This document shows positions 1 through 11,747 of a stretch of 64,000 bases of DNA, piece by piece. The translations under genes were made by a program, and so were the position numbers. Origin of the DNA: a bacterium (GTDB lineage Bacteria > Zhuqueibacterota > Zhuqueibacteria > Residuimicrobiales > Krinioviventaceae). The notes under the pieces are model-generated. The model saw only the letters and a program-made list of their open reading frames with translations. It did not search any database and was not told where the DNA came from. The stretch lies in the NCBI GenBank assembly GCA_963693055.1, contig OY843751.1, positions 2,752,001 through 2,816,000 on the forward strand, given 5' to 3'. Position 1 is the first letter of the stretch, and each line of letters starts with the position of its first letter.

Positions 1-11
1 GATTTGGAAAC

Positions 12-1967
12 ATGACTGCGGTTAAATTCACTAATGAAAAATACACATTATCTCTCATTGAAAACAAAATCTTGGACAAATCCACGCCTTCTTTATTTGG
101 TATTAATATAAAACCGGTTCTAGAGGAAGGCTTGGCAGCAAGCAAGAACGGCGTTGACTTTGGAGAGCTCTTTTTAAGTCTGAGTTTCTTTATAATTGCC
201 GCATCTTTGATACTGACTGGTCTATTATATGTATTTAGCCTTGAGCAACGCAAGGGGGAAACTGGATTATACCTGGCACTGGGTTATAGACCTGTTCAAA
301 TTAAATTATTGTTCTTTTTTGAATTTTTTATTACCGCTGTCATTGGTGTCTTACTGGGTTCTGTTGTGGGCATTCTTTATGACTTTTTTATCTTAAAAGC
401 CCTGGGCTCCATTTGGATAGGTGCCGTTGGTACTTCTGATTTGCAATTATTTCTCAAGCCGATTACCATTCTGAAAGGAATCGGAATCAGTTTGTTTCTC
501 GTTGTTATTTCTATATTTATCGAATTAAAAAGACAATCCATTATTCCCGCTACACGTTTACAGCGTCGGGGACAATCATATAAAATCACCAAATTAAATC
601 CAAAAATTATACTTTATATCTCTGCTATATTACTGTTTGGGGTTATTGTAATTTTATTTTTATCTGATCCCGGCCGCGGTAAACAGGCATATGGTGCTTT
701 TTTCGGTGGTGGAAGCCTGTTGTTGGTTTTGGGGCACCTTGTATTTTACTATTTCATCATTCAAAAAGGGAAATCGCCCAATAGTCATGTAAAATCTATA
801 TACAAACTGGCATTTAGCAATACCGGACGAACACGCAGTAAAAGTATTGCTATTACAGCGATTTTAGCCATTGGTGTTTTTCTGGTTATTACCGTGGGAG
901 CAAATCGTCATGGTACGTTGGTTCATTCGGATTTGCGTTCTTCGGGTACTGGTGGATTTGAATATTGGTTTACAACCACTTCACCAGTTTTACAGGATTT
1001 GAACAGTCCGGATGGTAAGGATTATATAGGCATCGATACCAGGAACGACTCTGTATTGTTTTTAACTATGCGCCATAATATTATAGATGATGCCAGCTGT
1101 TTAAACCTCAATATGGTTAAAAATCCGAGTATTATTGGTATTAATGCCAATGTATTAGATTCTTTGCAAGCCTTTACATTTATCAAGACGTTAAACAACC
1201 AGGATAAAGATAATCCCTGGTTAATATTGAACAAAAATTATGGCAACAATATCATTCCTGCAATAGCAGACGAAACCGTACTCGTATGGGGACTCGGGAA
1301 GGCAGTTGGAGATACCCTGTATTATACCAGTGAAAACGGACAGGAATTAAAGGTTTTAATCGTTGGGAGTTTAGCTGGTTCTGTATTTCAGGGAAATATT
1401 TTGATCTCTGAAGATAATTTTGTTGACAATTACCCTTCCATTGGCGGTTATCGTATATTTTTGGCAAATATACCAACATCTTTGAAAAAACAATTCGAAT
1501 TAAATGTACCTCGCTTACTAATGGACCATGGAATTGAATGGATGCCGGCTTATGAACGGTTAGCCCAGTTCCATACCATTGAAAATACCTATTTATCTAT
1601 ATTTCTTATCCTGGGTGCATTGGGGCTATTGCTGGGAAGCATAGGATTAGGTATCGTCATTTTAAGAAATATACTGGAAAGACGCTCTGAACTCGCATTA
1701 TTTACTGCGCTTGGGTTTACCCTGAGCAAGATAAAAAAGCTCGTGATCATAGAGCATGTAATTTTGTTAATTTCCGGGTTAATAATAGGAACACTCTCTG
1801 CATTATTTGCCATGATGCCCGTTTTCTTTACTCCTGGTTCAGAGGTGCCTTATCTAACTGTCCTTTTAATTGTTCTAGCCTTACCGTCACTGGGTACGTT
1901 ATGGATATATCTTTTTACTTACCGTGAACTCCTTAAACCATTATTGCCTGCATTAAAAAATGATTAA
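12..1967 (+). CDS. FtsX/MacB-family ABC transporter permease, probably 5'-truncated by the window edge
   Basis: Two FtsX-type TM blocks ending EQRKGETGLYLALG and ERRSELALFTALG, separated by a periplasmic domain. Confidence 0.85.
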   Translation: MTAVKFTNEKYTLSLIENKILDKSTPSLFGINIKPVLEEGLAASKNGVDFGELFLSLSFFIIAASLILTGLLYVFSLEQRKGETGLYLALGYRPVQIKLLFFFEFFITAVIGVLLGSVVGILYDFFILKALGSIWIGAVGTSDLQLFLKPITILKGIGISLFLVVISIFIELKRQSIIPATRLQRRGQSYKITKLNPKIILYISAILLFGVIVILFLSDPGRGKQAYGAFFGGGSLLLVLGHLVFYYFIIQKGKSPNSHVKSIYKLAFSNTGRTRSKSIAITAILAIGVFLVITVGANRHGTLVHSDLRSSGTGGFEYWFTTTSPVLQDLNSPDGKDYIGIDTRNDSVLFLTMRHNIIDDASCLNLNMVKNPSIIGINANVLDSLQAFTFIKTLNNQDKDNPWLILNKNYGNNIIPAIADETVLVWGLGKAVGDTLYYTSENGQELKVLIVGSLAGSVFQGNILISEDNFVDNYPSIGGYRIFLANIPTSLKKQFELNVPRLLMDHGIEWMPAYERLAQFHTIENTYLSIFLILGALGLLLGSIGLGIVILRNILERRSELALFTALGFTLSKIKKLVIIEHVILLISGLIIGTLSALFAMMPVFFTPGSEVPYLTVLLIVLALPSLGTLWIYLFTYRELLKPLLPALKND

Positions 1968-2043
1968 TATCTCTATCATTTCACTGGTTTCTGTTTATAG
2001 TATTTAGTAAATTATCACGCTAAATTTTATTGAACAGGATTAT

Positions 2044-3522
2044 ATGAGTACACAGCAGGAACCGCAATCTAAATCACAAACTCTTTTATCCAAAAAGGGA
2101 TTTATCAAAGATACTCTGAAACTAGGTTCGGGTACCGCATTAGGGCAGGTTGTATTGATTCTGTCCATGCCGGTATTGTCCCGGATTTATACTCCGGAAC
2201 ATTTTGGAATCACATCCCTGTTTCTGGCATTTGTATTAATACTTTCACGTGTTTCCGGTTTGAGATATGAAATAGCGATCATGTTACCCAAACAGCAAAC
2301 CCACGCACGGGTTTTATTTGTTCTTGTAACGCTAATAACTGTGATATTTAGTGTTATTACCGGACTTTTATTATGGGTATTACGGCATACTATTGCAGAT
2401 GTTTTAAAATCACCCCAACTTTCTGAATATATGTGGCTAACGGGCCCTGCTATTCTGATTTATGGTCTGGTTAACGCATTGAATTATTGGAATACTCGTC
2501 AAAAGCGCTATAAAACACTGGCAGCAGGACGGATGAGTAACAATACGGCTTCTACAGCTTTTCAATTGACAGGTGGATTTACCGGATTTGCATCTTCCGG
2601 TACATTAATTACCGGTCTGGTTATAGGGAAAATTATTGAATTGTTTTTGATTTCCTTAAAATCCATTCCTTATTTGTTCACCTCGTTACCTTCCAGACTT
2701 TATAAAAAAATAGTGGTTCTTGCCAAGCGGTATAAAAAATTTCCACAGTTTAATATATGGTCGATTTTAGTAAATAACATTTCATGGTATGTTCCATCCT
2801 TTATGCTGGCTATCTTTTTTTCTCCCAAAATCGTGGGTTGGTATGCAATAGGGGAACGGACTATACGCGCTCCCATGAATTTTATTGGATTGGCAATTTC
2901 TCAGGTCTTTTTTCAACGTGGCTCTGAAGCCAACCGATTGAATAATCTTGACAAACTTTTTCGTGACACCGTTGGAATGCTTTCTCGAATTGGTTTATTG
3001 CCAACCATTATCATCACTTTGTTGGGAAAAGATTTATTTATATTGTTGTTGGGTTCTGAATGGGCAGAGGCTGGTGTATATGTTCAATTACTTGGCTTAT
3101 GGGCATTTATCTGGTTTATCACGTCTCCGGTTTCTCCAATTATCAGTATTATAGAAAAACAGGAGATGGGCTTGTTGTTCAATTCAATAATCCTCATTTC
3201 ACGTTTGGTTGCGCTGGTTATTGGTGGTGTTTTGAAAAGTCCTATTATTGCCATTGCTCTATTGGGTGTGGGCGGTATTCTTTCGTATTGTGCCTTGTTG
3301 TTCTGGATTGGTAAAAGTGTAAATGTATCTATACCCGAAACTTTGGGACTTTTGTTTAAAAATAATATACTCTGGAGCCTTTTTACAACAATTTTTGTTT
3401 TATTGTTCAAATATTTTCATTTGTCAATTTATTTGATTATCTTTTTTACAGTTATTGTTTTGGCTATATATTATTTTATACTCTTGCAAAAAAACAAAAA
3501 AATATTCTACGCGAAATCATAA
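2044..3522 (+). CDS. Wzx-like polysaccharide flippase (MATE/PST family)
   Basis: Many TM helices; LSRIYTPEHFG and RYKKFP motifs typical of O-antigen flippases. Confidence 0.85.
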   Translation: MSTQQEPQSKSQTLLSKKGFIKDTLKLGSGTALGQVVLILSMPVLSRIYTPEHFGITSLFLAFVLILSRVSGLRYEIAIMLPKQQTHARVLFVLVTLITVIFSVITGLLLWVLRHTIADVLKSPQLSEYMWLTGPAILIYGLVNALNYWNTRQKRYKTLAAGRMSNNTASTAFQLTGGFTGFASSGTLITGLVIGKIIELFLISLKSIPYLFTSLPSRLYKKIVVLAKRYKKFPQFNIWSILVNNISWYVPSFMLAIFFSPKIVGWYAIGERTIRAPMNFIGLAISQVFFQRGSEANRLNNLDKLFRDTVGMLSRIGLLPTIIITLLGKDLFILLLGSEWAEAGVYVQLLGLWAFIWFITSPVSPIISIIEKQEMGLLFNSIILISRLVALVIGGVLKSPIIAIALLGVGGILSYCALLFWIGKSVNVSIPETLGLLFKNNILWSLFTTIFVLLFKYFHLSIYLIIFFTVIVLAIYYFILLQKNKKIFYAKS

Positions 3523-3526
3523 TTTT

Positions 3527-4486
3527 ATGACCAAAAAAACTTTATCTTTTAAAATTATTCGTGCTTTTTGGATCTTGTCCGAGATCTGTTTAATGCCAGT
3601 TGAAAAGCTGATAATGCTTTTCAATAAATCAATTATTAAAAAGCCCCCTTATTATCCAATTTTTATTGTGGGTGCACCCAGATCCGGCACAACTTTGCTA
3701 TCTCAGGTATTTATTCAATATTTCAATGTCGCATATTTTAACAATATTACAGCCAATTTTCCCAAAGCGCCCGTAGCAGCTACATGGTTATTTAATCGAA
3801 TGTATGCCAATGTTCCTTTATCTGAGTATACATCAAATTTTGGTAAAACAACCGGCAAGTATGGTGCGCATGAAGCTGCCGAGTTTTGGTACAGATGGTT
3901 CCCACGTGGTGAAAAAATATATACTTCTGCCGGTGATTTATCCAAAATACAAAAGAGCGAATTGGCCGTAACAATTCAATCCATGTCTGTAATAGCCAAT
4001 AGACCTTTTGCTTTTAAAAATACATACAATGCAATGCGTTTGGGAGCTTTAATCAAAGCTATGCCAAATGCTATCATTCTGGTTTGTCACAGAGATCCTG
4101 TTGATAATGCGCAATCTATTTTAAATGCAAGAATTAAAAATTTTCAATCCAAAGATGCATGGTGGTCTGTGCCTCCAAAAGAAATTGATCAAATACGAAA
4201 TCTGAACTACAACCAACAGGTTGTCGATCAGGTTTATTATATTGAAGAGCAAATTAAACGTGATGACAATAACAGGTTTATTCATATTGATTATCAGGAA
4301 TTATGCAAGGAACCGAAAAAGACACTGGACTCTATAGCAAAACAAGCTCAAGCCAAAGGTTTGAATTTATCAATCCGTAATCCAAAACTGCCTGAATCTT
4401 TCAAGTTATCAACCGGATGCAAGGTCGATCCCGATGATTATGAACAAATCCAGGCACGAGTTAAAGAGTTGTGGAGTGAAAAGTGA
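3527..4486 (+). CDS. PAPS-dependent sulfotransferase
   Basis: 5'-PSB loop GAPRSGTT and 3'-PB motif RDPVDNAQS; ATG at 3527 just after the flippase stop. Confidence 0.85.
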   Translation: MTKKTLSFKIIRAFWILSEICLMPVEKLIMLFNKSIIKKPPYYPIFIVGAPRSGTTLLSQVFIQYFNVAYFNNITANFPKAPVAATWLFNRMYANVPLSEYTSNFGKTTGKYGAHEAAEFWYRWFPRGEKIYTSAGDLSKIQKSELAVTIQSMSVIANRPFAFKNTYNAMRLGALIKAMPNAIILVCHRDPVDNAQSILNARIKNFQSKDAWWSVPPKEIDQIRNLNYNQQVVDQVYYIEEQIKRDDNNRFIHIDYQELCKEPKKTLDSIAKQAQAKGLNLSIRNPKLPESFKLSTGCKVDPDDYEQIQARVKELWSEK

Positions 4487-5394
4487 TTATTGAAAAACCG
4501 GGAACCATTTTTATGCAGCCCTGGTGGCTGGATGCTGTAGCCCCCGGGCAATGGTCTGAGGTTAGTATTTCCAACAATGATGAGATTATTGCACGAATGC
4601 CCTATTGTATTGTAAAAAAAATGGGATTAAAATTCATTACAATGCCAGCTTTGACTCAGCATTTGGGCCCCTGGATTCAAAAGAGTGAATCTGAAAAAAG
4701 CTATACCCAACTCTCATCAGAATATCAACTTGCCAATGAATTGATTAGTCAATTGCCCCAATTTCATTATTTTACCCAACGATTTTCAACACATTTTACT
4801 AACTGGCTTCCTTTTTACTGGCAGGGTTTTCAGCAAACTACCTACTATTCGTATTCTCTTGATGATATTACGGATCCACAGATTGTATGGAAAAACTTGC
4901 ACGAGACTGCCAGAAGGCAGGTGCGTAAAGCTGAAAAACAACTCGAGGTGCAGGATTGCGATGTTGAATCCTTTTACAATATCAACACAATGACATTTAC
5001 CCGTCAGGGATTAAAAAATCCACACTCTTTTCAAAAGATTGAAAATTTGTACAATGCATGTACAAACAGAGATGCCTGTAAAATATTCAAAGCAATAGAC
5101 GAGTCAAACCGCATCCATGCAGTGTTATTTCTGGTTTGGGATGATGAAAGGGCTTATTATTTAATGGGCGGAGCTGACCCGGAATTGCGTAAAAGCGGCG
5201 CTTCAAGTTTACTCATGTGGCACGCTATTCAATTTGCATCGACAAAAGTAAGCATTTTTGATTTTGAAGGATCCATGATTTCCGGTATTGAAAAATTTTT
5301 TAGAACATTTGGAGCTACACCCAAACCTTATTTCAAAATTACCAAAGTTAATCATCCTTTACTCCGAATTGCAAAAAATTTGATTGCGAAATAA
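4483..5394 (+). CDS. GNAT/FemAB-like acyltransferase of polysaccharide clusters
   Basis: IFMQPWWLDAV N-terminus; FDFEGSM...IEKFFRTFGA motif; GTGA overlap with the upstream gene. Confidence 0.8.
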   Translation: MIIEKPGTIFMQPWWLDAVAPGQWSEVSISNNDEIIARMPYCIVKKMGLKFITMPALTQHLGPWIQKSESEKSYTQLSSEYQLANELISQLPQFHYFTQRFSTHFTNWLPFYWQGFQQTTYYSYSLDDITDPQIVWKNLHETARRQVRKAEKQLEVQDCDVESFYNINTMTFTRQGLKNPHSFQKIENLYNACTNRDACKIFKAIDESNRIHAVLFLVWDDERAYYLMGGADPELRKSGASSLLMWHAIQFASTKVSIFDFEGSMISGIEKFFRTFGATPKPYFKITKVNHPLLRIAKNLIAK

Positions 5395-5407
5395 CAAGAG
5401 AGAATTC

Positions 5408-6817
5408 ATGAGTCAGTCTATCACTTTTGTTTATGAAAATTCACAGTTTGATGCTGAAATTAAATATGCAGCACAACTCTTATTTGAACTCTTTGATGTA
5501 AATCTTGAATTTATATCTCTTGACCGTTTGGCACCTGAACAAACAATATCCGTTTTCTATGGAAACGAATCTAATTACGCATCGATTTCACCGGCATTAT
5601 TTATACAAGAATCCAGTTTTTTTACAAAACATTATCTCAACAAAACCATTCCGGAAATTAAGCAGAATGGTGATCCCAACAGTTTGGTGCTTTTTTCTCC
5701 GGATGATTTGGTAATGAATAAAAAAAGTAATACCATTTTTATTAATCAGGATATTATTGCATCCACATTTTTCTGGGCCAGTCGTTATGAAGAATTATGT
5801 GTATCAACCAAAGACTCGCATAACCGATTTACAGCCAATCAGTCTATTGCTCTACAAAATAATGTGTTATCAGTACCCATTGTTGATAATTATACTGATA
5901 TGATCAAAACCTGGTTACAGTTATCCGGTATCAAGCTGTTTCCAAAATCCCGATACGAAGATTATGATTTTATTATTTGTCCCACACATGACATAGATAC
6001 ACTGACCAAAGGTAGATACGAAGCAATATACCATGAGCTCAAGCACTTTAAATCAAATCCCGCACGGTCAATGAGGAACTTGATATATCTGACTGCAACG
6101 CTTTTCAATCGAGACATCTATTGGAATTTTAAACAGATTCTTGATATCGAGAGAAAGCACAATGCCACCTCAACATTTTATTTTTTACCTAAAACAGAGT
6201 ACAAAGTTGATGCGGATTACGATTTGAAAAATAAAGCCTTTCAGCATGTGTTTAAATCAATACTTGAAGGGAATAGCGAGATCGGCTTGCATGCAAGTTA
6301 TAATTCGTTATATGAAAAGAATGCGATACTTGATCAAAAGCAAGAATTGGAAAAGTCTGCGCAAATTAAATTGAAAAGTATTCGTCACCACTTTTTGCGT
6401 TTTGATGTTGAATCCGTTTGGGACGTACACGTTAAAAGTGGCTTTGAAATTGACACATCATTAGGTTTCGCAGAGTATCCTGGATTTAGAGCAGGACTGG
6501 CAAGACCGTTTCACCCCTTTAATTTCAACACCCGTTCCAGGTATAATATACTGGAAATTCCATTAATTATCATGGATGGTACATTCAGCCATTACTTGAA
6601 AGAATCTCCGGAAACTGCCTGGGATCACGTTCTACCTATACTTGAACAGGTCAAGAAACATAGAGGTATTGCATCCGTATTGTGGCATAATACATTATTT
6701 ACCAAATATAAATATCCGGGCTTTAAAGAGTTATTTGAACAGATATTAACCTGGGTAAATGAAAATAACGGCAAGTGTATGTCAATCAAAGAAGCCGAGC
6801 AAATCTGGAATACTTGA
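5408..6817 (+). CDS. Polysaccharide deacetylase-family protein
   Basis: PTHDID, EIGLHASY, RHHFLRF, LEIPLIIMD and LWHN motifs. Confidence 0.8.
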   Translation: MSQSITFVYENSQFDAEIKYAAQLLFELFDVNLEFISLDRLAPEQTISVFYGNESNYASISPALFIQESSFFTKHYLNKTIPEIKQNGDPNSLVLFSPDDLVMNKKSNTIFINQDIIASTFFWASRYEELCVSTKDSHNRFTANQSIALQNNVLSVPIVDNYTDMIKTWLQLSGIKLFPKSRYEDYDFIICPTHDIDTLTKGRYEAIYHELKHFKSNPARSMRNLIYLTATLFNRDIYWNFKQILDIERKHNATSTFYFLPKTEYKVDADYDLKNKAFQHVFKSILEGNSEIGLHASYNSLYEKNAILDQKQELEKSAQIKLKSIRHHFLRFDVESVWDVHVKSGFEIDTSLGFAEYPGFRAGLARPFHPFNFNTRSRYNILEIPLIIMDGTFSHYLKESPETAWDHVLPILEQVKKHRGIASVLWHNTLFTKYKYPGFKELFEQILTWVNENNGKCMSIKEAEQIWNT

Positions 6818-6924
6818 TTTAAAATTCAAACCTGCAATTTCTACTTGCTTTTTAATCCATAACTCCTATATTAGTAAACATTTCATGGGAAGTATCTAAA
6901 CTATTCATTTAAAATTTCTTTATT

Positions 6925-8463
6925 ATGCTCTCACAAATACTGGGTAGTGCTGTACTAGGCATTAATGCCTATATTGTTAAAGTGGAAGTGAATTTAGAGC
7001 GGGGTCAACCCAAGTTTTTCATGGCAGGTTTGCCAGATGGTGCAGTGCGTGAAGCGCATTATCGCGTTTTTGCGGCTGTTAAAAATTCCGGGTATCGATT
7101 TCCTGTAAATATAATCACCGTTAACCTTGCTCCGGCTGATATAAAAAAGGAGGGGTCCGCTTTTGATCTCCCCATTGCTATTGGCATATTATCCGCAGCC
7201 GGTATAATTAACGATGATAAATTAAAGGATTATGTGATACTGGGTGAACTCAGCTTGGATGGTACATTGCGCCCCATTAAAGGAACACTTTCTATTGCAA
7301 CAGAGGTGGTGCGAAACAAGATTAAGGGGATTATAATACCTGAGGCCAATGCAAAAGAAGCTGCTATGGCGAGGGATTTGGATGTAATTCCCGTTAGATC
7401 CCTGAACGACACTATAAATTTTCTGAATGGCGATGAAGAAATAAAACCTTTTCGTGTAAACATGGAACAGATTTTTACCCAACAACGCAATTATATTCAT
7501 GATTTTCTGGATGTAAAAGGGCAGGAACATGTAAAACGGGCCCTTGAAGTTGCGGCTGCTGGGGGACATAATATCATTATGATTGGACCTCCCGGTTCTG
7601 GTAAAACCATGTTATCAAAGCGCATACCAACAATACTGCCGGATATGACTTTGGGTGAATCCCTTGCAACTACAAAAATATATTCTGTTGCCGGCTTGTT
7701 ACCTGATAACAAAGCTTTGGTAGCTACGCGTCCATTTCGCTCACCGCATCATACCATTAGTGATGCCGGGCTAATTGGTGGTGGCAATATCCCCAGACCC
7801 GGTGAGGTGAGTCTTGCACATCACGGTGTTTTGTTTCTGGACGAGTTACCTGAATTCAAGAAAAATGTGCTTGAAGTGATGCGTCAACCCCTGGAAGATG
7901 GCAAAGTTACCATTTCACGAGCGGCTTTATCATTAACTTATCCTGCAGAGTTTATGCTTGCTGCGGCCATGAATCCCTGTCCTTGTGGATACTATACGGA
8001 TCCAAACAAAGATTGTACCTGTACCATACCTCAAATTCAAAGATATCTTTCACGAATATCGGGACCGTTATTGGACAGAATAGATATCCATATTGAAGTT
8101 CCAGCAGTCAAATACAAAGAGTTGAGCAGCAGGGAATCTGGTGAATCTTCAACACAAATAAGAAATCGTGTACTTCGGGCAAGGAAAATTCAGCTTGAAC
8201 GTTTTAAAGAACAGAAACATCTGTTTTGTAATGCAAGGATGAACTCGAGAGAAATTCGCAAGTATTGCGAGTTGGATGTACAGGGCAATAGCTTGTTGAA
8301 AATGGCAATCACCAAACTTGGATTGTCTGCCCGAGCCTATGACAGAATCCTCAAAGTATCTCGAACCATTGCAGATTTGGAAGGTTCGCGTATGATCAAA
8401 CCCGAATTTGTCAGTGAAGCTATTCAATACCGGAGTCTGGACAGGATAGGGGTGTTCAAATAG
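6925..8463 (+). CDS. comM: YifB/ComM Mg-chelatase-like AAA+ ATPase
   Basis: [67 protein letters not shown]. Confidence 0.93.
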   Translation: MLSQILGSAVLGINAYIVKVEVNLERGQPKFFMAGLPDGAVREAHYRVFAAVKNSGYRFPVNIITVNLAPADIKKEGSAFDLPIAIGILSAAGIINDDKLKDYVILGELSLDGTLRPIKGTLSIATEVVRNKIKGIIIPEANAKEAAMARDLDVIPVRSLNDTINFLNGDEEIKPFRVNMEQIFTQQRNYIHDFLDVKGQEHVKRALEVAAAGGHNIIMIGPPGSGKTMLSKRIPTILPDMTLGESLATTKIYSVAGLLPDNKALVATRPFRSPHHTISDAGLIGGGNIPRPGEVSLAHHGVLFLDELPEFKKNVLEVMRQPLEDGKVTISRAALSLTYPAEFMLAAAMNPCPCGYYTDPNKDCTCTIPQIQRYLSRISGPLLDRIDIHIEVPAVKYKELSSRESGESSTQIRNRVLRARKIQLERFKEQKHLFCNARMNSREIRKYCELDVQGNSLLKMAITKLGLSARAYDRILKVSRTIADLEGSRMIKPEFVSEAIQYRSLDRIGVFK

Positions 8464-8538
8464 CTTATTTTCTTAAAAATGGTACAATACTTGTAATGAA
8501 TTTAAGTTAATTATTAATTCATCAAGATAATAAATACT

Positions 8539-10032
8539 ATGCGATTATACAAAATTCTGCTTTTACTTTCTTTATTGTTTTTGGCAGCAATAGCGATAAT
8601 TATGCACAGCCGCTTTATAGATGATGCTTATATTGGCTTTCAAGTCGTTAAAAATGCCTTACTTGGAAATGGATGGGTTTTTAATGCTTGTGAAAGGGTA
8701 GAAGCTGTAACGAACATTGGCTGGTTATTGATTTTGTATCCTTTATCTATTTTGTTTCCGGTTACATTGATTGCCAAGATATTGAATACAATTTGTATCC
8801 TTGCTACCATTATCATTTTGTTCAAAATTCTGAAATCCTTAACAAATAACAATTGGGCATCGTGGTTTACTTTATTGGTTGTCATTAATTTTGATTATAT
8901 ATTCTTTTCCCTTGGGGGAATGGAAACCGCATTTTTATCCTTATTATTAAGCATTTTGGTACTCATAGTTTGTAAGGAAAAAAACACATATATCATCCCT
9001 ATAATTTTAGCCTATGCTTTTTTTGTAAGGCCGGAAACAATTGTTATTTATCCCATTACTATTGTAATCTTGCTCACCTTAAACAGGGCTTTATGGAAAA
9101 AGCATCTGTTACAATTTTTATTATTTATAATTTTGATCAGTTTTGGCCAAGTCATGCGCTATTTGTATTATGGTAACTGGTTACCCAATACTTTTTTGTC
9201 CAAACCGGGACAATCGTTGGCCCACATCTTAGAAAAGATTGGCAGATATGGTTTCCATTTACCCAATATTTCAACTCCTTTTTCTGAAATTTTGCTGGTT
9301 CTATTGGTCATTATTGGAATTCTTTCTATACCTAAAAAATTCATTTATTTAAAAGCATTATCTGTTGCTATTACAACTTGTGCGTATTTATTTGCGTTAT
9401 ATGCACCCACAGACTGGACAAGAACAGGACGTTATTTTGCACCCTACGTTCCTTTTATGACTATGCTTGCTGTGTTGGGATTTTTTTACATTTACAAGAA
9501 TCTGGTCAAGAATCTTGAATCCGTATTTCAAAGTAATATACATCTGATTTCAGGAGCAGTTTTATCTCTTTATATTATAATTGCATCATTGTCGTTCTTG
9601 GGCTATTTTAATAAAATTAATCTGGAAACATATCCCAATTTTGTTATGACAAGTAAAAACTTGACTGAACCTGCAAAATGGATTAAAGAGAATACTTCTT
9701 CCGATGCAGTTATTGCAACAAGACGGATTGGAGCTTTGGCATACTACTCGGATCGATATATTTTTGATTTTACGTATGGACTACCAAATCGGGACGTTGC
9801 ATCAATCATTCACAAAACCAAACGGCCCCATGATTCACCCAATGCAACTGCATTAAAAGAAATATGGACAGAAACATCTCCGGATTATATTTTAGAAGAT
9901 ACCCAGAAAATATTACCATTACTGGTAAAACCGGATACTCTTTACGTGCAAGGGGAAGTATTTACCATATTGAAAAAATTTCGACTCAACTCAAGTACAG
10001 ATTGGATTCTTTGCCAGAAAGTATCTGAATAA
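8539..10032 (+). CDS. Polytopic membrane protein, putative GT-C glycosyltransferase
   Basis: DDAYI after the first TM helix; GMET, RPE, YYGNWLPNT and RYFAP motifs. Confidence 0.6.
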   Translation: MRLYKILLLLSLLFLAAIAIIMHSRFIDDAYIGFQVVKNALLGNGWVFNACERVEAVTNIGWLLILYPLSILFPVTLIAKILNTICILATIIILFKILKSLTNNNWASWFTLLVVINFDYIFFSLGGMETAFLSLLLSILVLIVCKEKNTYIIPIILAYAFFVRPETIVIYPITIVILLTLNRALWKKHLLQFLLFIILISFGQVMRYLYYGNWLPNTFLSKPGQSLAHILEKIGRYGFHLPNISTPFSEILLVLLVIIGILSIPKKFIYLKALSVAITTCAYLFALYAPTDWTRTGRYFAPYVPFMTMLAVLGFFYIYKNLVKNLESVFQSNIHLISGAVLSLYIIIASLSFLGYFNKINLETYPNFVMTSKNLTEPAKWIKENTSSDAVIATRRIGALAYYSDRYIFDFTYGLPNRDVASIIHKTKRPHDSPNATALKEIWTETSPDYILEDTQKILPLLVKPDTLYVQGEVFTILKKFRLNSSTDWILCQKVSE

Positions 10033-10069
10033 CGCTAAAAGTGAGCACAAAGTAGGGGATAGATACAAA

Positions 10070-10247
10070 AATCCCTGTAACAGGAGCAGCATTAAAAGAA
10101 CCCTTTCGTCACAGTGGGCACCGCCTTACCGTTTTTTACTTCCACTGAACACTTCCGAAGAAGCGGAGGCATGTAATACACAGCTAGAGCTAAGCTCCCA
10201 ATACAAAGGTGTTGGTTCTTTATAACTAACCACCTGTAACAGGGACA
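10070..10247 (-). ncRNA. ssrS: 6S RNA
   Basis: Minus strand reads TCCCTGTTACAGG...GAACC...GGGAGC...CGGTGCCCAC...GGGTTC...CCTGTTACAGGGA: a closing stem, an inner GAACC/GGTTC stem and a central bubble, about 178 nt, intergenic, with TTGACT upstream. Confidence 0.85.
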
Positions 10248-10416
10248 TAATAAAGTTGGCAATTATCGTGCTAAAAGTCAAGTTAATTATTAGATATTTT
10301 AAAATATTTATATCATACCAAAATCATATAACGGGATTTTCTAATTTTCTCAAACTTGTTCTTTTTTTTATTGCTTTATGTTTATGTATTATATAATTTA
10401 CAAAAAAAAGAGTTTG

Positions 10417-11718
10417 ATGATGAAATCTAAAAGATTTATTTATTTTATTCTTTTCACTATCCTTTTTTCATCACATTTATTATTGCCTGCTCAAAATCAG
10501 GTGTTGAAAATTATAATCAATGGGGATATTAATCCTGTTTCTGCACAATATATAATCAAGCATATACAAAAAGCTGAAATCGAAAACTTTGAATGTCTGT
10601 TAATTGAAATGGATACACCAGGTGGATTGCTGCCATCAACACAAGACATTGTCAAAGAAATTCTTGCAGCAAATGTACCTGTGGTTATGTATATCGCACC
10701 AAGCGGTGCTGGTGCTGTTTCAGCCGGGGCATTTATTACGCTCTCTTGTCATATTGCAGCTATGGCTGAAGGCACCAATATTGGTGCTGCTCATCCAGTA
10801 AATTTGATGGGTGGGCAAGACACATCCAAAGTTATGGGTGATAAAGTTACCAATTACACAGCAACCTGGGCAAGAACCATAGCAGAAAAGCGTGGTAGGA
10901 ATGCCGATTGGGCAGAGGCTGCTGTTCGCGAAAGCAGTTCAATAAATGAAAAAGACGCTCTTGCTAAAAATGTTATAGACCTGATAGCTAATAATCAGGA
11001 ACAGCTACTTGAACGTATTGATGGACGGAACATTGATCTTGAAAATGGTGAACAAAAAACATTACATACACAACATGCTGATGTCATTACATTAGAAATG
11101 AATTGGCGATACAAAATTTTAAATCGTCTTTCAAGTCCCAATATAGCGTATTTTTTAATGATTTTGGGATTTTATGGTATTTTATTCGAGTTGTCTAATC
11201 CTGGCTCCATATTGCCGGGCGTCTTGGGTGGTATTTTTCTAATTCTTGCATTTTTTGCATTACAAACTTTACCGGTAAGAACTGCTGGAATTGTATTAAT
11301 TCTGTTCTCATTGGTTCTGTTTATCGCCGAGCTCAAAGTATCAAGTTTTGGAATATTAACAATAGGTGGTATAGTAGCTATGTTTTTAGGTTCAATAATG
11401 CTTTTTGACCAGGCTCCGGGCTTTCCTGTAATGGTTGACTGGAAATTAGCCTTCACAATTGCACTTTCAACAGCAGCTTTTTTTGTATTTGCTTTGGGAA
11501 AAGCGGTTCAAGCCAGATTAACAAAACCCACTACAGGCAAAGAAGGATTAATTGGAGAGATAGGTGTAGCAGCATCGGCCATAAATACAGAAGGTCAGAT
11601 ATTAATTCATGGTGAAATCTGGAGAGCAGAGTCTGATGAAAAAATTAAAAAAGGTGATAAAGTTATTGTAAAGAGAATTAAAGGCCTGACATGTCAAATT
11701 GAAAAATTTAATCAATAA
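10417..11718 (+). CDS. nfeD: NfeD long form (ClpP-like membrane protease plus OB fold)
   Basis: [32 protein letters not shown] and HGEIWRA; adjacent SPFH gene. Confidence 0.9.
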   Translation: MMKSKRFIYFILFTILFSSHLLLPAQNQVLKIIINGDINPVSAQYIIKHIQKAEIENFECLLIEMDTPGGLLPSTQDIVKEILAANVPVVMYIAPSGAGAVSAGAFITLSCHIAAMAEGTNIGAAHPVNLMGGQDTSKVMGDKVTNYTATWARTIAEKRGRNADWAEAAVRESSSINEKDALAKNVIDLIANNQEQLLERIDGRNIDLENGEQKTLHTQHADVITLEMNWRYKILNRLSSPNIAYFLMILGFYGILFELSNPGSILPGVLGGIFLILAFFALQTLPVRTAGIVLILFSLVLFIAELKVSSFGILTIGGIVAMFLGSIMLFDQAPGFPVMVDWKLAFTIALSTAAFFVFALGKAVQARLTKPTTGKEGLIGEIGVAASAINTEGQILIHGEIWRAESDEKIKKGDKVIVKRIKGLTCQIEKFNQ

Positions 11719-11747
11719 ATTCATTCCATCCTGGAGGAGGAAATGTT

